DNA of 64,000 nucleotides from Candidatus Zhuqueibacterota bacterium (GTDB lineage Bacteria; Zhuqueibacterota; Zhuqueibacteria; Residuimicrobiales; Residuimicrobiaceae). The position numbers were made by a program, and so were the translations under genes. The notes under the pieces are model-generated. The model saw nothing but the letters and a program-made list of their open reading frames with translations. It ran no database searches and was not told the DNA's origin. The DNA lies in NCBI GenBank assembly GCA_963169875.1, contig CAUJEL010000040.1, forward strand, positions 93,570-157,569, given 5' to 3'. Shown here piece by piece: positions 20,755 to 30,088 of the stretch. The stretch's first letter is position 1. Every line of letters begins with the position of its first letter.

Positions 20755-21659
20755 GGCACCTCCTGTTCCTGCAAGCGGTTGGCAAACGCCCGCATGATTT
20801 CTCCTTCTGTCGGATAACCATGTGACTTGCTGTAGCGCTCACTGATGCCGCGGAGCAAGGCATCGCGCGTCTGCGCGTCATGACGATAACGCCACCCCCA
20901 GACCATCCGCCATATCCGCGGTAAAATCGACTCGATGCCATCCACGATGAAATTTTTCAGGGGCCATTCCAGGGCTCTTTGCAATCGGCTGGCGCCATGA
21001 TAGACGCAGTGCCCGGGATCGGGTGCCAGATAATAATTGGGGAAAAAGCCGGCGACCCACTGATTGCAGCGCATGAATCTCTGAAAAAGTTGCATGCCAT
21101 AGAGAGGCGCCAGTCCCGTGACCTCGGCCGCGGTATAGAGATTTTTGTGTTCCAGTTCAAGATGGCTCTCGGCGAGGAGGTAATTAAAACAGAGCAGTTT
21201 GCGCGGGTTTAATCCCGGGATGCGGCGAAATAGAGCCAGCGCCACCTTGCAAATCCAGACCCTGCGTTCGGCCGTGAGGATGAAAAAATCGATGTCGCTG
21301 TCCGGCCCAGCGACGCCCTTGGAGAGGTCGCCGGACAAGCAGATGCCGCGCACAAAAGGCAGATGACGAATCCGGCCTGCGGCTTTGACCGCCATTTGCC
21401 ACAACTCCCGTGCCTGGCGTTCCATGTGCAGACGCGTATCAACCAGCTCAGAGCGTCCGCGCAAGTAACAAAAACCATTGCTCCTTTCCAGAGACTCTTC
21501 CAGGCCGGAAGCATTGAGCGCTTGCCGTATGGCCTGGCGGCTTGCTTTCTGCTCCATGAGGAAAAATACCAGTTGTTCTTCGGTCAAGGGATAATCGAAC
21601 ACATCGAAATAAAGAACCGTTTTGAGTATCGCCTTTTCCGTGTTTGTCATTTTCTTCAT
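20751..21659 (-). CDS. Pol-beta-superfamily nucleotidyltransferase-like protein of unknown function
   Basis: LYFDVFDYPLT N-terminus; LPFVRGICLSGDLSKG..DSDIDFFI motif. Confidence 0.75.
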   Translation of the reverse strand: MKKMTNTEKAILKTVLYFDVFDYPLTEEQLVFFLMEQKASRQAIRQALNASGLEESLERSNGFCYLRGRSELVDTRLHMERQARELWQMAVKAAGRIRHLPFVRGICLSGDLSKGVAGPDSDIDFFILTAERRVWICKVALALFRRIPGLNPRKLLCFNYLLAESHLELEHKNLYTAAEVTGLAPLYGMQLFQRFMRCNQWVAGFFPNYYLAPDPGHCVYHGASRLQRALEWPLKNFIVDGIESILPRIWRMVWGWRYRHDAQTRDALLRGISERYSKSHGYPTEGEIMRAFANRLQEQEVP

Positions 21660-21716
21660 ACTCGCGTCTGTATAATCAATCCCTGATGAAGCGGTTGCGG
21701 TGAACCAACCAGGTTA

Positions 21717-21840
21717 ATCACGCGGGTCTGCTGCAAAGCAGTGACGAGGTTATGTTCCTCGGCAGAGACTCGGCTGCAATACTCGCGTGTTCGCGAGCGC
21801 CGGCAATCATGAACGAGTGATGCCAGCAGACCCGCGCGAT
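21717..21840. repeat. REP-like element with long terminal inverted repeats (family A, copy 1)
   Basis: CGCGGGTCTGCTG 21721-33 / CAGCAGACCCGCG 21824-36; related copy at 44610-44768. Confidence 0.7.
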
Positions 21841-21983
21841 TCGCCGGCACGCGAAAGCGTATCAGCGAATACAATTTTGGATAATCCCAATATAAAATAA
21901 AATTGCGAAAAAGTAAATATTTTCCCATATTATCCCGGACTTATCCGGAACCAAGATCTTTTAACTTCGCCAAGAAGGACACC

Positions 21984-22586
21984 ATGAAAAATTCGCTATC
22001 AGCACCCTATCTAACCCTATTGATCGCGCTCGCTGCGCTTGTTGTTGCTGTGATTGCGCTGGTCACCGCGAAAGGTGCCAAAGAGATGGCACTCTCTGAA
22101 GTGACCATCGAAGAGGGCGAGACCGTGACCCTGCCCCTGTTCGATGAGGAGCAGAACCGTTTCAGTTTTCTGGTCCTGGTGGAACTGCACATCAGCAATC
22201 AGGGCGGCCCGGCCGTTGAACTACTGCAACTGAGCCGCAACTTAGCGGACGCCGGGTTTCTCATCGGCCTGAAGAACCAGGAAATTCAATCCGGCGACCT
22301 GAAACCGCAGTTTTATGCCATCGAGCAGCCCTTTTCAGAACTGCAGGCCAACCCGCGGCTGCTCAAAGACGTACTCAAACAGAGTCCTGTTCAGGACATT
22401 CCCATCCGTCATACCCTCGAATCCGGGCAGAGCAGAACCGTGCGCTATGCCGTGCACTTTTTCCCCTATGATGACGGGAAACGGACTTTGGCTGATCTGG
22501 TGCTGATATCGACGCGATTGACCTTTGCCAATGGCGCGATCCGCATGATGCGGCACGGCTATCCGATCCTGCCCCTGGTGCCGTAA
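21984..22586 (+). CDS. Hypothetical membrane-anchored protein
   Basis: ATG after AAGGA; N-terminal TM, 200 aa. Confidence 0.75.
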   Translation: MKNSLSAPYLTLLIALAALVVAVIALVTAKGAKEMALSEVTIEEGETVTLPLFDEEQNRFSFLVLVELHISNQGGPAVELLQLSRNLADAGFLIGLKNQEIQSGDLKPQFYAIEQPFSELQANPRLLKDVLKQSPVQDIPIRHTLESGQSRTVRYAVHFFPYDDGKRTLADLVLISTRLTFANGAIRMMRHGYPILPLVP

Positions 22587-22624
22587 TTCCTTTCATCCAT
22601 CAACACACGGAGCAGGCAAAGTCA

Positions 22625-23824
22625 ATGATGGCAAAAGCAGCAAATCGCCTGGGCATGAAGGGATTATCCCGCAACGTGATCATCCTGGGAGTGGTCAGTC
22701 TGTGCAATGACGCAAGCAGCGAGATGATCTATCCGCTGCTGCCGCTTTTTTTGACCGCGACTCTCGGTGCCACCACGCAGATGCTGGGGTTTATCGAAGG
22801 CGTAGCGGAATCGACAGCCGCCCTGTTGAAGCTGTATTCCGGCTGGCTCTCCGACCGCCTGGGCAAACGCAAGGCCCTCACCGTGGCCGGTTATTCGCTT
22901 TCAACCGTGACGCGCCCCTTGATTGCGCTGGCGACCGCGAGCTGGCAGGTCCTCGGCATTCGCTTCGGCGACAGGGTCGGCAAGGGCGTGCGCACCGCAC
23001 CGCGCGACGCACTGATCGCGGATTCGACCGCGGCGGATGCGCGCGGCAAAGCCTACGGATTCCATCGCGCCATGGATCATGCCGGCGCGGTGATCGGCCC
23101 TTTGCTGGCCATGGCGGTCCTTGCCCTGTCAGCCAATAACTACCGGCTGGTATTCTGGCTGGCGGTGATTCCTGCGGCCCTGGGCGTTATGGTCCTCATC
23201 CTTGGCGTCAAGGAAATTCGCCCGCATCGGGAGGCGCAGCGGCCCTCCTTTCGCCTGGCCCTGTTTGATGGGAATTTTCGCTATTATCTCTTTGTCATCA
23301 TCCTGTTCACCCTGGGGAATTCCAGCGACGCCTTTCTGCTGCTGCGCGCCAGTCAGATGGGACTCTCGCCTGCCTTGATTCCGCTGCTATGGGTATTTCT
23401 GCATCTCGTGAAAATGCTCTTTTCCACCCCGTTCGGCGGCCTATCCGACCGCATCGGCCGCAAGCGTGTGATCATCGCCGGCTGGTTCATCTATTCACTG
23501 GTCTATTTCGGCTTTGCATTTTGCAGCGCCGCCTGGCACATCTGGCTGCTCTTTGCCGTTTATGGCCTCTTCTTCGCGCTGACCGAAGGCGCCGAGAAAG
23601 CGCTGGTGGCGGATCTGGTCAGCCCGGAGCTGCGCGGCACGGCTTTTGGCGTTTACAATTTTGCCATCGGCATCGCCGCACTGCCCGCCAGCGTGATCAT
23701 GGGATTCCTGTGGCAGGAAGTATCCATCGCCGCCGCCTTTGGATTTGGCGCGGGCATGGCGTTGCTCGCAGCCGTGCTCATCGTGCTGGTCCGCGTGCCG
23801 ATGGTTCCACAAAAAAGTGCTTGA
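22625..23824 (+). CDS. MFS transporter
   Basis: GWLSDRLGKRK and GGLSDRIGRKR motif A, about 12 TMs. Confidence 0.93.
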   Translation: MMAKAANRLGMKGLSRNVIILGVVSLCNDASSEMIYPLLPLFLTATLGATTQMLGFIEGVAESTAALLKLYSGWLSDRLGKRKALTVAGYSLSTVTRPLIALATASWQVLGIRFGDRVGKGVRTAPRDALIADSTAADARGKAYGFHRAMDHAGAVIGPLLAMAVLALSANNYRLVFWLAVIPAALGVMVLILGVKEIRPHREAQRPSFRLALFDGNFRYYLFVIILFTLGNSSDAFLLLRASQMGLSPALIPLLWVFLHLVKMLFSTPFGGLSDRIGRKRVIIAGWFIYSLVYFGFAFCSAAWHIWLLFAVYGLFFALTEGAEKALVADLVSPELRGTAFGVYNFAIGIAALPASVIMGFLWQEVSIAAAFGFGAGMALLAAVLIVLVRVPMVPQKSA

Positions 23825-24058
23825 TGGATTAAACTTTTTAAATTTTTATACGTATAATTTTAGATTCGTGAAAGTATGTAACCTTCGCAAAGGTGTGTCA
23901 GGCAGGACAAATCGCTTAATGTAGCCTGTTTTATTCTTGAACCGCCGCGTGCGCAGAGCCCGCCGATCTGGTTTTGTCGGGATTATTGAACAAATTTTGA
24001 TTTGAACGTCCATTCAGTTTTAAGAGATGCCATCCATACCATTTTAAATTGTTCTTTT

Positions 24059-24089
24059 CTTTGCATATCTCCGCGTTCCTGGCGGTGAA
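24059..24089 (-). repeat. Short intergenic repeat family B copy
   Basis: Minus strand TTCACCGCCAGGAACGCGGAGATATGCAAAG. Confidence 0.7.
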
Positions 24090-24122
24090 TAATTCACGTT
24101 CGCTATATAATCGGAGGAACCC

Positions 24123-24860
24123 ATGACTTCTCACGTGCGCTTCACAATGATCCTGACCCTGGTGCTGGGTTTATTGGCTCTGACCCTGCCCTGCGCCCAG
24201 GCACAATCCACGGTTCAGGCCGGATTCGGCGGCCAGCTCGCCTTCCCGCAAAACGAATTCGCCAAACAGGTAGATCTGGGCGGCGGTCTCGGCGGCGAAT
24301 TTCTCTATTCACCGGCTGCGGGTCCCTTTGGCATCGGCCTGACGGTCAATTATCTGATCTATGGTTCTGAGACCAGACGCGAACCATTCAGCACCACCAT
24401 CCCCGATGTCGAAGTCGACGTCACCACCGAGAATCAAATTGTGTTGGCCCATCTGCTCTTCCGCGTCCAGGCCAAAGGCGGTCCCATTCAGCCGTACGCA
24501 GATGGATTGGTGGGATTGAATTATCTCTATACCCAGACCCGCATCAAGAGCCTCGATTGGGTCGATGATGATGATGATGATGTCGCCTCTTCCACCAATT
24601 TCGACGATACCGCCTTCAGTTACGGATTCGGCGGCGGCGTGATGGTGCGGGTATGGCAGGGTGAAGCCAACAGCGAATCGGACAATCCGCAGAAGCTGCA
24701 GGTGTTTGTGGATTTGCGCGGTCACTATATGCGCGGCGGCGAAGCGGAGTACCTGAAAAAAGGATCGATCCGGCGCGTCAATGGCAAAGTGTTGTACGAT
24801 ATCAGCAAATCCACCACGGACTTGCTGCTGTTCAAGATCGGCGCGACCGTGGCGTTCTGA
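24123..24860 (+). CDS. Outer-membrane beta-barrel protein (OmpA-like 8-strand type)
   Basis: Signal peptide, alternating beta strands, C-terminal Phe (GATVAF). Confidence 0.8.
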   Translation: MTSHVRFTMILTLVLGLLALTLPCAQAQSTVQAGFGGQLAFPQNEFAKQVDLGGGLGGEFLYSPAAGPFGIGLTVNYLIYGSETRREPFSTTIPDVEVDVTTENQIVLAHLLFRVQAKGGPIQPYADGLVGLNYLYTQTRIKSLDWVDDDDDDVASSTNFDDTAFSYGFGGGVMVRVWQGEANSESDNPQKLQVFVDLRGHYMRGGEAEYLKKGSIRRVNGKVLYDISKSTTDLLLFKIGATVAF

Positions 24861-24958
24861 TCGCTTTTCATGGAAAAATAGCAGACATAGAGCATGAATA
24901 CGGACCTTGGTTGCGATACTGCAGGACATGGAGACCTGGCTATCTTATAGAAATGGTC

Positions 24959-25942
24959 TCAAGTATGTAATTCGATCACATCCCGGTCCTGGAGGATGTA
25001 GTCGCGCATCACGCGCTGGCCCTCGAACTTGCCATGCCCCCAAAGCCGGGCGAATTTGAGTTTATCGGCAAAATCGCGATGCACCGCGCGGGCGAACTCG
25101 ACCACCGTGCTGCCATGCGGCAGCAGATAGGGCCGCTCGTGCTCCACCTCCGCGCCGGGTTTCTTGGAATAGACCCGGACGATCTCCAGGGCGGAGAACA
25201 GCGCGCTTTTTAAGGCCTGCATATTTTCACCGGAAGTTGAGGAAACGGCAAGGGCAGGATATTGGTTGCCGAAAGATCCGCGCAAGCCGCGCCAGCGCGC
25301 CGCTGCTTCGGGGAGATCGGATTTATGACCGATGAGAACGGCGCGCTTTTCCGCCACCCCCGCCCAGTGATCCGGCAGGGGCCGCTGCGCCACCAGTTTC
25401 ATCTTGGCGTCGGACAAAATCTGGATTACCTCCTGCGTCTCCGCGACGACCGCCGCACTGCCGAGGTCGCAAACCAGCAGCACCAGGTCAGCCGTGCGGA
25501 TGATATTGGGCACCCAAAACTCCATGTGCTGCCGCGAAACCGGCGGCAGATCGACCAGTTGGATCTGAATGTCCTCGAAAGGCATCATCACCGGCTGCGG
25601 GTGCCGCGTGGTGTAGGGATAGGGTGCCACTTCAACGCTGGTTTGGCTCAACACGGCGGCCAGCTGTGATTTTCCCGCGTTGGCCGGACCGACCAGCGCC
25701 ACCTGGCCCGCCCCCTCCCGCTCCACTTTGACGCCGAATCCCTTTTTTTTGTCCCCCTTTTGAATCTCCTCGCGCAGGGAGGCCATGCGGCGTTTCAGAT
25801 CCGCCTGCATCTTCTCGGTGCCTTTGTGCTTCGGCAGTGCCGCCATCATCCGCTTCAAGGCTTCCAGACGATCTGCGGCGCTGCCCGCCTTTTTGTAATC
25901 CTCTTCAGCGCGCAGATAATCCGGCGTCAAATTCGCAGGCAT
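24959..25942 (-). CDS. DRG/OBG-family GTPase with C-terminal TGS domain
   Basis: MPANLTP start, PKHKGTEK, GPANAGKS, YPYTT, DLPP, HRDFADKLKFARLWG. Confidence 0.9.
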   Translation of the reverse strand: MPANLTPDYLRAEEDYKKAGSAADRLEALKRMMAALPKHKGTEKMQADLKRRMASLREEIQKGDKKKGFGVKVEREGAGQVALVGPANAGKSQLAAVLSQTSVEVAPYPYTTRHPQPVMMPFEDIQIQLVDLPPVSRQHMEFWVPNIIRTADLVLLVCDLGSAAVVAETQEVIQILSDAKMKLVAQRPLPDHWAGVAEKRAVLIGHKSDLPEAAARWRGLRGSFGNQYPALAVSSTSGENMQALKSALFSALEIVRVYSKKPGAEVEHERPYLLPHGSTVVEFARAVHRDFADKLKFARLWGHGKFEGQRVMRDYILQDRDVIELHT

Positions 25943-25985
25943 CTCGCTCTCCTCATTAAAATCAAAGGGCATCCCATCTGAGTCA

Positions 25986-26109
25986 TTCACCGCAAAGGGC
26001 GCAGAGATACGCAAAGACAAGAAAAGTAGGGCTCTCTAAAATCGAAACCGGAATGAGATCGATACCTAACCAGAAATATTCACCGCCGAAAACGCGGTGG
26101 AACGCAAAG
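25986..26109 (+). repeat. Two copies of repeat family B (25986-26016, 26079-26109)
   Basis: TTCACCGCAAAGGGCGCAGAGATACGCAAAG and TTCACCGCCGAAAACGCGGTGGAACGCAAAG. Confidence 0.7.
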
Positions 26110-26191
26110 AAATATAGCATATTTTTTTCTTTTTGTCATCCTTTTTATGCTTATATTTCCATAAAATGGATTCGGGATTATTGGAGGATTT

Positions 26192-26638
26192 ATGAACATC
26201 GCTTATGAAAATTCGCAGACGGGCTATATCATCATCGCCGTCATCGTCATAGCGCTGCTGGTGATACTCTCCACGCTTTCCCTGGAGCAGATCGCCCTGC
26301 ACCAGTATCTGATCATCGTGACGCTTGTCATCGGTCTGGTCCTTTTTTACAAACTGACGGTGCGCGTGGACCGGGGCATCATCACCTGTTCGTTTGGTCA
26401 AGGCATGATCAGCAAGCGCATCCTGGCCAAAGAGCTGAGCAGCTGTCAGGTTGTGAAAACCCATTGGTATGAGGGACAAGGCATTCGCCTGACATCCAGG
26501 GGATGGATGTACAATGTGGGTGGCACCAAAGCGGTGGAATTGACCTACAAATCGGGGAAAAAGTTTCTCATCGGCAGCAATGAAGCGGAGACGCTGTGCG
26601 AGGTGATCACAGAGGAGATTCAACGGCAGAGATCATGA
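26192..26638 (+). CDS. Small membrane protein, bacterial PH-domain-like
   Basis: 2 TMs then WYEGQGIR..GWMYNVGG..AVELT..FLIGS. Confidence 0.75.
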   Translation: MNIAYENSQTGYIIIAVIVIALLVILSTLSLEQIALHQYLIIVTLVIGLVLFYKLTVRVDRGIITCSFGQGMISKRILAKELSSCQVVKTHWYEGQGIRLTSRGWMYNVGGTKAVELTYKSGKKFLIGSNEAETLCEVITEEIQRQRS

Positions 26639-26804
26639 TGGACGGGGCGCGATCTCGGTAAAAAAATCGATTCTATCGTTTGTGGTTAAAACAGGAAATC
26701 GATCGATTGGCGCATTTTTGTTCAGGCAGCGCCAGCGACAGCCGTATCGCCGGTAATCGTGAAAACCTTCCGGGAGTAATTTGACCTCGTGCCCGTAAAT
26801 AATT

Positions 26805-26832
26805 CAGCCGGGCAAAAAAATGCGCCCGGCTG
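26805..26832. terminator. Hairpin between convergent genes
   Basis: CAGCCGGGC-N10-GCCCGGCTG. Confidence 0.55.
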
Positions 26833-26877
26833 GATAGAGTCAGCAATCAATTTGCTGAAAAGATTGCCCTATGATGA

Positions 26878-28503
26878 TTAAAGCGTATTGAGTATGGCTT
26901 GACTCAAATGGCCGCCGTCATGAGACCAATACCGTATGATGACATCTGCAGAATTATGGTAATTCTGGCCATACGGGTTAGTGCACCAAAGTTTGAATCG
27001 AATGAGTGTCATATCCGGTATTTCCGCATCCGAAAGCGTCCACTGCAGATAAAACTTATCGTCTACTGAGATATCATCATCCTGTGCATAGACGGATCGC
27101 TCGGCATAATAGGGGGTCGCCACCCAGGATGATCCATTCCATTTTTCAATGGTCAAGTGGGAGACGTTCCATCCACCGTCATCGTCTTCGTCAACTCCAC
27201 CATCGTCTCCATCATTTTGTGCCGAGGTAATTAAAAACATTTCGAGATAATCATGCGTCTTCACGCCAACTTCGTATGCCGTTGCCAAATAGTGAGATAC
27301 AATATCTGCATCGTCGATACGATTCCCAGTAGAAAGACTCGAAGCATCGCGATAGCGGACGTTGCCGGAATTGTCAACCGTGAGGAGCCGGGTGTTGCTT
27401 GTGCTCGCCGTGATGCCGTCGAGCCGCAGCACTTCGGTCTGCGCGCCCCTCGTGATATGAAGAGGTGCGGAGGGTGCGGAGTTACCGATTCCAATATTTC
27501 CACTTGGATTCAGATAAAATGTTGCTGTGGCACTCGCACCGCTGCGCATCTGGATGGCAGACCCTGAACCGGTAGCCAGATCAAGGATGCCCTGAGAATA
27601 GATATTGGCAGTTTCGGTTCCCGAAACATGAAGCTCATTACCAGTGTTTGAAGCAATACCAAGGCTGCCGCTTGGATTGGTCTGGCCAATACCCAACCGG
27701 CTGTTGGTGTTATCCCAGTACAAGTTGGCATTGGACGAGAGGGTCGTGGAAGCTGCGCCGGCGGTGCCGCTCCAGAACGCCACCCGCGTCGCCGTGCCGC
27801 TGCCGCCGACACTGCCTGACGGCGGCACCTGCCAGGTACCATCGCCACGCAGATATTGTGCCGTCGTTCCAACCCCCAGGGCCGAGAGATCGCCGCTGGC
27901 ATTGGCCAAGACCACCTTGTTGCCCGTCGTCGCCATGCCCGCCACCCGGATCACGCCTCCGGTGCCGATGTGCAGTTTGGTGGCAGGACTGGTGGTGCCG
28001 ATGCCCACATTGCCGGACTTGGCAATGTTCATGGCATAAATGGGAGAAGTGGTTCCATCGGCTACCGTGAATTGGATGTTGCCTCCCGTTCCTCCATCAA
28101 TATACTTGTTCGACAGGATCGTATTTCCGTTACTGGCCAGCAGTGTCAGTGCACCCACATTTTGATTTGCAGGAATAAATTGGGGCGACGAGATGCTTTG
28201 CGCGATATCCAAAGCAATGTTCCCCTTCTGGATATAAAGCTTGGGCAGATAGAGCAAATCGGCCGTGGTGCCCACCGCCACTCTTCCATTTTGCTCAATT
28301 TGCATGAGCGTTTGGTCCAGACTGTTTTTTACAGCCATCTGAGCAAAAGAGTCTATGGCAGATGCAGCGATGACCAGTAGCATGAAAATGAACAAATGCT
28401 TCAACTGAATCAGATTCTTTGCATGAACACCAGATTTCCGATAGCGTTTGAGTTGAATCATATTCAAGTCCCTTTCGATTTTTTTTAACCTGGTTCTGGT
28501 CAT
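26878..28503 (-). CDS. Secreted phage-tail-fibre-like protein 2 with unrecognised acidic C-terminal domain
   Basis: ...SFA|QMAVKNS; GNVGIGTTSP, ATRVAFWSG..LYWDNTNSRLGIG module shared with protein 1; start codon uncertain. Confidence 0.8.
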   Translation of the reverse strand: MTRTRLKKIERDLNMIQLKRYRKSGVHAKNLIQLKHLFIFMLLVIAASAIDSFAQMAVKNSLDQTLMQIEQNGRVAVGTTADLLYLPKLYIQKGNIALDIAQSISSPQFIPANQNVGALTLLASNGNTILSNKYIDGGTGGNIQFTVADGTTSPIYAMNIAKSGNVGIGTTSPATKLHIGTGGVIRVAGMATTGNKVVLANASGDLSALGVGTTAQYLRGDGTWQVPPSGSVGGSGTATRVAFWSGTAGAASTTLSSNANLYWDNTNSRLGIGQTNPSGSLGIASNTGNELHVSGTETANIYSQGILDLATGSGSAIQMRSGASATATFYLNPSGNIGIGNSAPSAPLHITRGAQTEVLRLDGITASTSNTRLLTVDNSGNVRYRDASSLSTGNRIDDADIVSHYLATAYEVGVKTHDYLEMFLITSAQNDGDDGGVDEDDDGGWNVSHLTIEKWNGSSWVATPYYAERSVYAQDDDISVDDKFYLQWTLSDAEIPDMTLIRFKLWCTNPYGQNYHNSADVIIRYWSHDGGHLSQAILNTL

Positions 28504-28610
28504 TTAACCACTTTTTCGGCAAATGACCATCAATTTATTTATTTATGACATCCCGTCACAAAAAAAGGACATACTCTGCTAACTTTGGCGTTGAGCCATT
28601 AAATATTATC

Positions 28611-28628
28611 TTATTATTATTATTATTA
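28611..28628. repeat. (TTA)6 microsatellite in leader of fibre gene 2
   Basis: TTATTATTATTATTATTA. Confidence 0.8.
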
Positions 28629-28687
28629 TATTTATAAAGTTGCATGTCCATTGCTTTTGGCGATGGGCTCACGCATGACAATGAGGA

Positions 28688-28703
28688 AGCAAATATCGTT
28701 CCA
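28688..28703 (-). promoter_or_regulatory. Sigma54-type promoter of fibre gene 2
   Basis: Minus strand TGGAAC-GATAT-TTGCT. Confidence 0.6.
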
Positions 28704-28800
28704 ATACAAACGCAGGATTGAAAGGCTTGTAGTCGATGGTTGGTTTCCGTGTGTAACGATTAGCAACACGAGATTACAGTCAGGCTTCCTGGCCCATACC

Positions 28801-29286
28801 TCATCCCACCCGGTAGCCAATCTTTTGCAGAAAAACGCGCCGAGCCTGAACATCCGCTTCGGTTTCGATGCCGAGGGGTGATTGGCCGTCGATGACGCCG
28901 AGGATGCCTCTGCCCTGCTCGCTTTCGGCCACGACAGCTTGCACCGCATTGGCGCTGGCGCAGAAAAAGCCGACGATCTCGGGCACGTCCCGGAGCACGC
29001 GCAGTACGTTGATGGGATAGGCATTGCCGAGGAAGAGGATGAAGGAATGCCCGGCGCCGAGGGCGAGGGCGTTGTCGCGCGCCAGTTCGATCAGATGCGG
29101 ATCCGTTCCGGTCAGACGCACCAGCCGCGGGCCGGACGCTTCGCAAAAAGCCAATCCGAATTGGATGCCGGGCACCGCCGCAACCAGCGCCTCATGAACG
29201 TCATCCACGGTTTTGATGAAATGCGTTTGTCCGAGAATGAAATTGAGGGCATCGGGATTCTTTATATCGACCAGTTTTATATCCAT
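28801..29286 (-). CDS. DUF355 / adenosine-specific kinase family protein
   Basis: NFILGQTHFIKTVDD, GLAFCEASG, YPINVL, FCASAN, GRGILGVIDG. Confidence 0.9.
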   Translation of the reverse strand: MDIKLVDIKNPDALNFILGQTHFIKTVDDVHEALVAAVPGIQFGLAFCEASGPRLVRLTGTDPHLIELARDNALALGAGHSFILFLGNAYPINVLRVLRDVPEIVGFFCASANAVQAVVAESEQGRGILGVIDGQSPLGIETEADVQARRVFLQKIGYRVG

Positions 29287-29302
29287 GGTGTCTCCATAGT
29301 AT

Positions 29303-29983
29303 TTATCCTAAAATCTCCAAAACTTTGGGGAGATCGCTGAGATCCGGGAGGAGAAAATCGGGATTATAGGGCGCCAGATCGGCGGCGCTGTGATGGGCGG
29401 CGGCCACGGCCACGGCTTTGGCGCCATGGGGATGGGCGCAGAGGATATCCGAAGGCGTATCGCCCACCACATAGACTTCTTCAGGGCGCGGCACCAGGTT
29501 ATGCAGACGTGTGAACCGCTCCACCGCGTAGGGCAGCAGATCTTTGCGGATTTCCGAGTCATCCGAAAAAGCGCCGAAGTGAAAATAATGGTCCAGGTTG
29601 AAATCCGCAAGTTTCATATACCCACTGGTGCGCCAGTTGCCGGTGAGGAGGCCGAGATAGACCTCTTGCCGCTGCGCCAGCGCTTTTAAGAGTTCGGCAG
29701 CGCCCGGCATGATGCGTTTTCCCGGATGCGGCTGTGGCATCTCCTTGCGAAGGTACTCAAAATAGAGTTTTTGAAAATCGCCCAACACCTCATGAGAATA
29801 GGGCAAACCGTGGACGCGCAGGGCATCCTGGAGAATGGAGGTATCGGTGCGCCCCGCCAGCTGCACGCCCAGGAAAGCATCGGCAATGTCGAACAGCTGG
29901 TCAAAGGCCTGGGTCATGGCGCGGAGGCCTGCTCCGCCCGATAAGATGAGCGTGCCATCAATGTCGAACAGTACGAGTTTCAC
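29303..29983 (-). CDS. HAD-family hydrolase
   Basis: LFDIDGTL, LLTGN, VVGDTPSD. Confidence 0.93.
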   Translation of the reverse strand: MKLVLFDIDGTLILSGGAGLRAMTQAFDQLFDIADAFLGVQLAGRTDTSILQDALRVHGLPYSHEVLGDFQKLYFEYLRKEMPQPHPGKRIMPGAAELLKALAQRQEVYLGLLTGNWRTSGYMKLADFNLDHYFHFGAFSDDSEIRKDLLPYAVERFTRLHNLVPRPEEVYVVGDTPSDILCAHPHGAKAVAVAAAHHSAADLAPYNPDFLLPDLSDLPKVLEILG

Positions 29984-30046
29984 ATGCGCTCCCTTGAGTT
30001 ATAGTGAGAAAATAAAAAAAAGAAACGCATTCTGCAACATAAAAAA

Positions 30047-30067
30047 AATGCCCCGAATCGGGGCATT
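30047..30067 (-). terminator. Terminator of fibre gene 3
   Basis: AATGCCCC-GAATC-GGGGCATT with T-run on minus strand. Confidence 0.75.
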
Positions 30068-30088
30068 GGTTGAAGTTTCATGCTTGCG

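Noticed and set aside
24564-24581. (GAT)6 repeat in the outer-membrane protein gene as a phase-variation tract
   Set aside because: A trinucleotide unit keeps the frame and only encodes an acidic loop.
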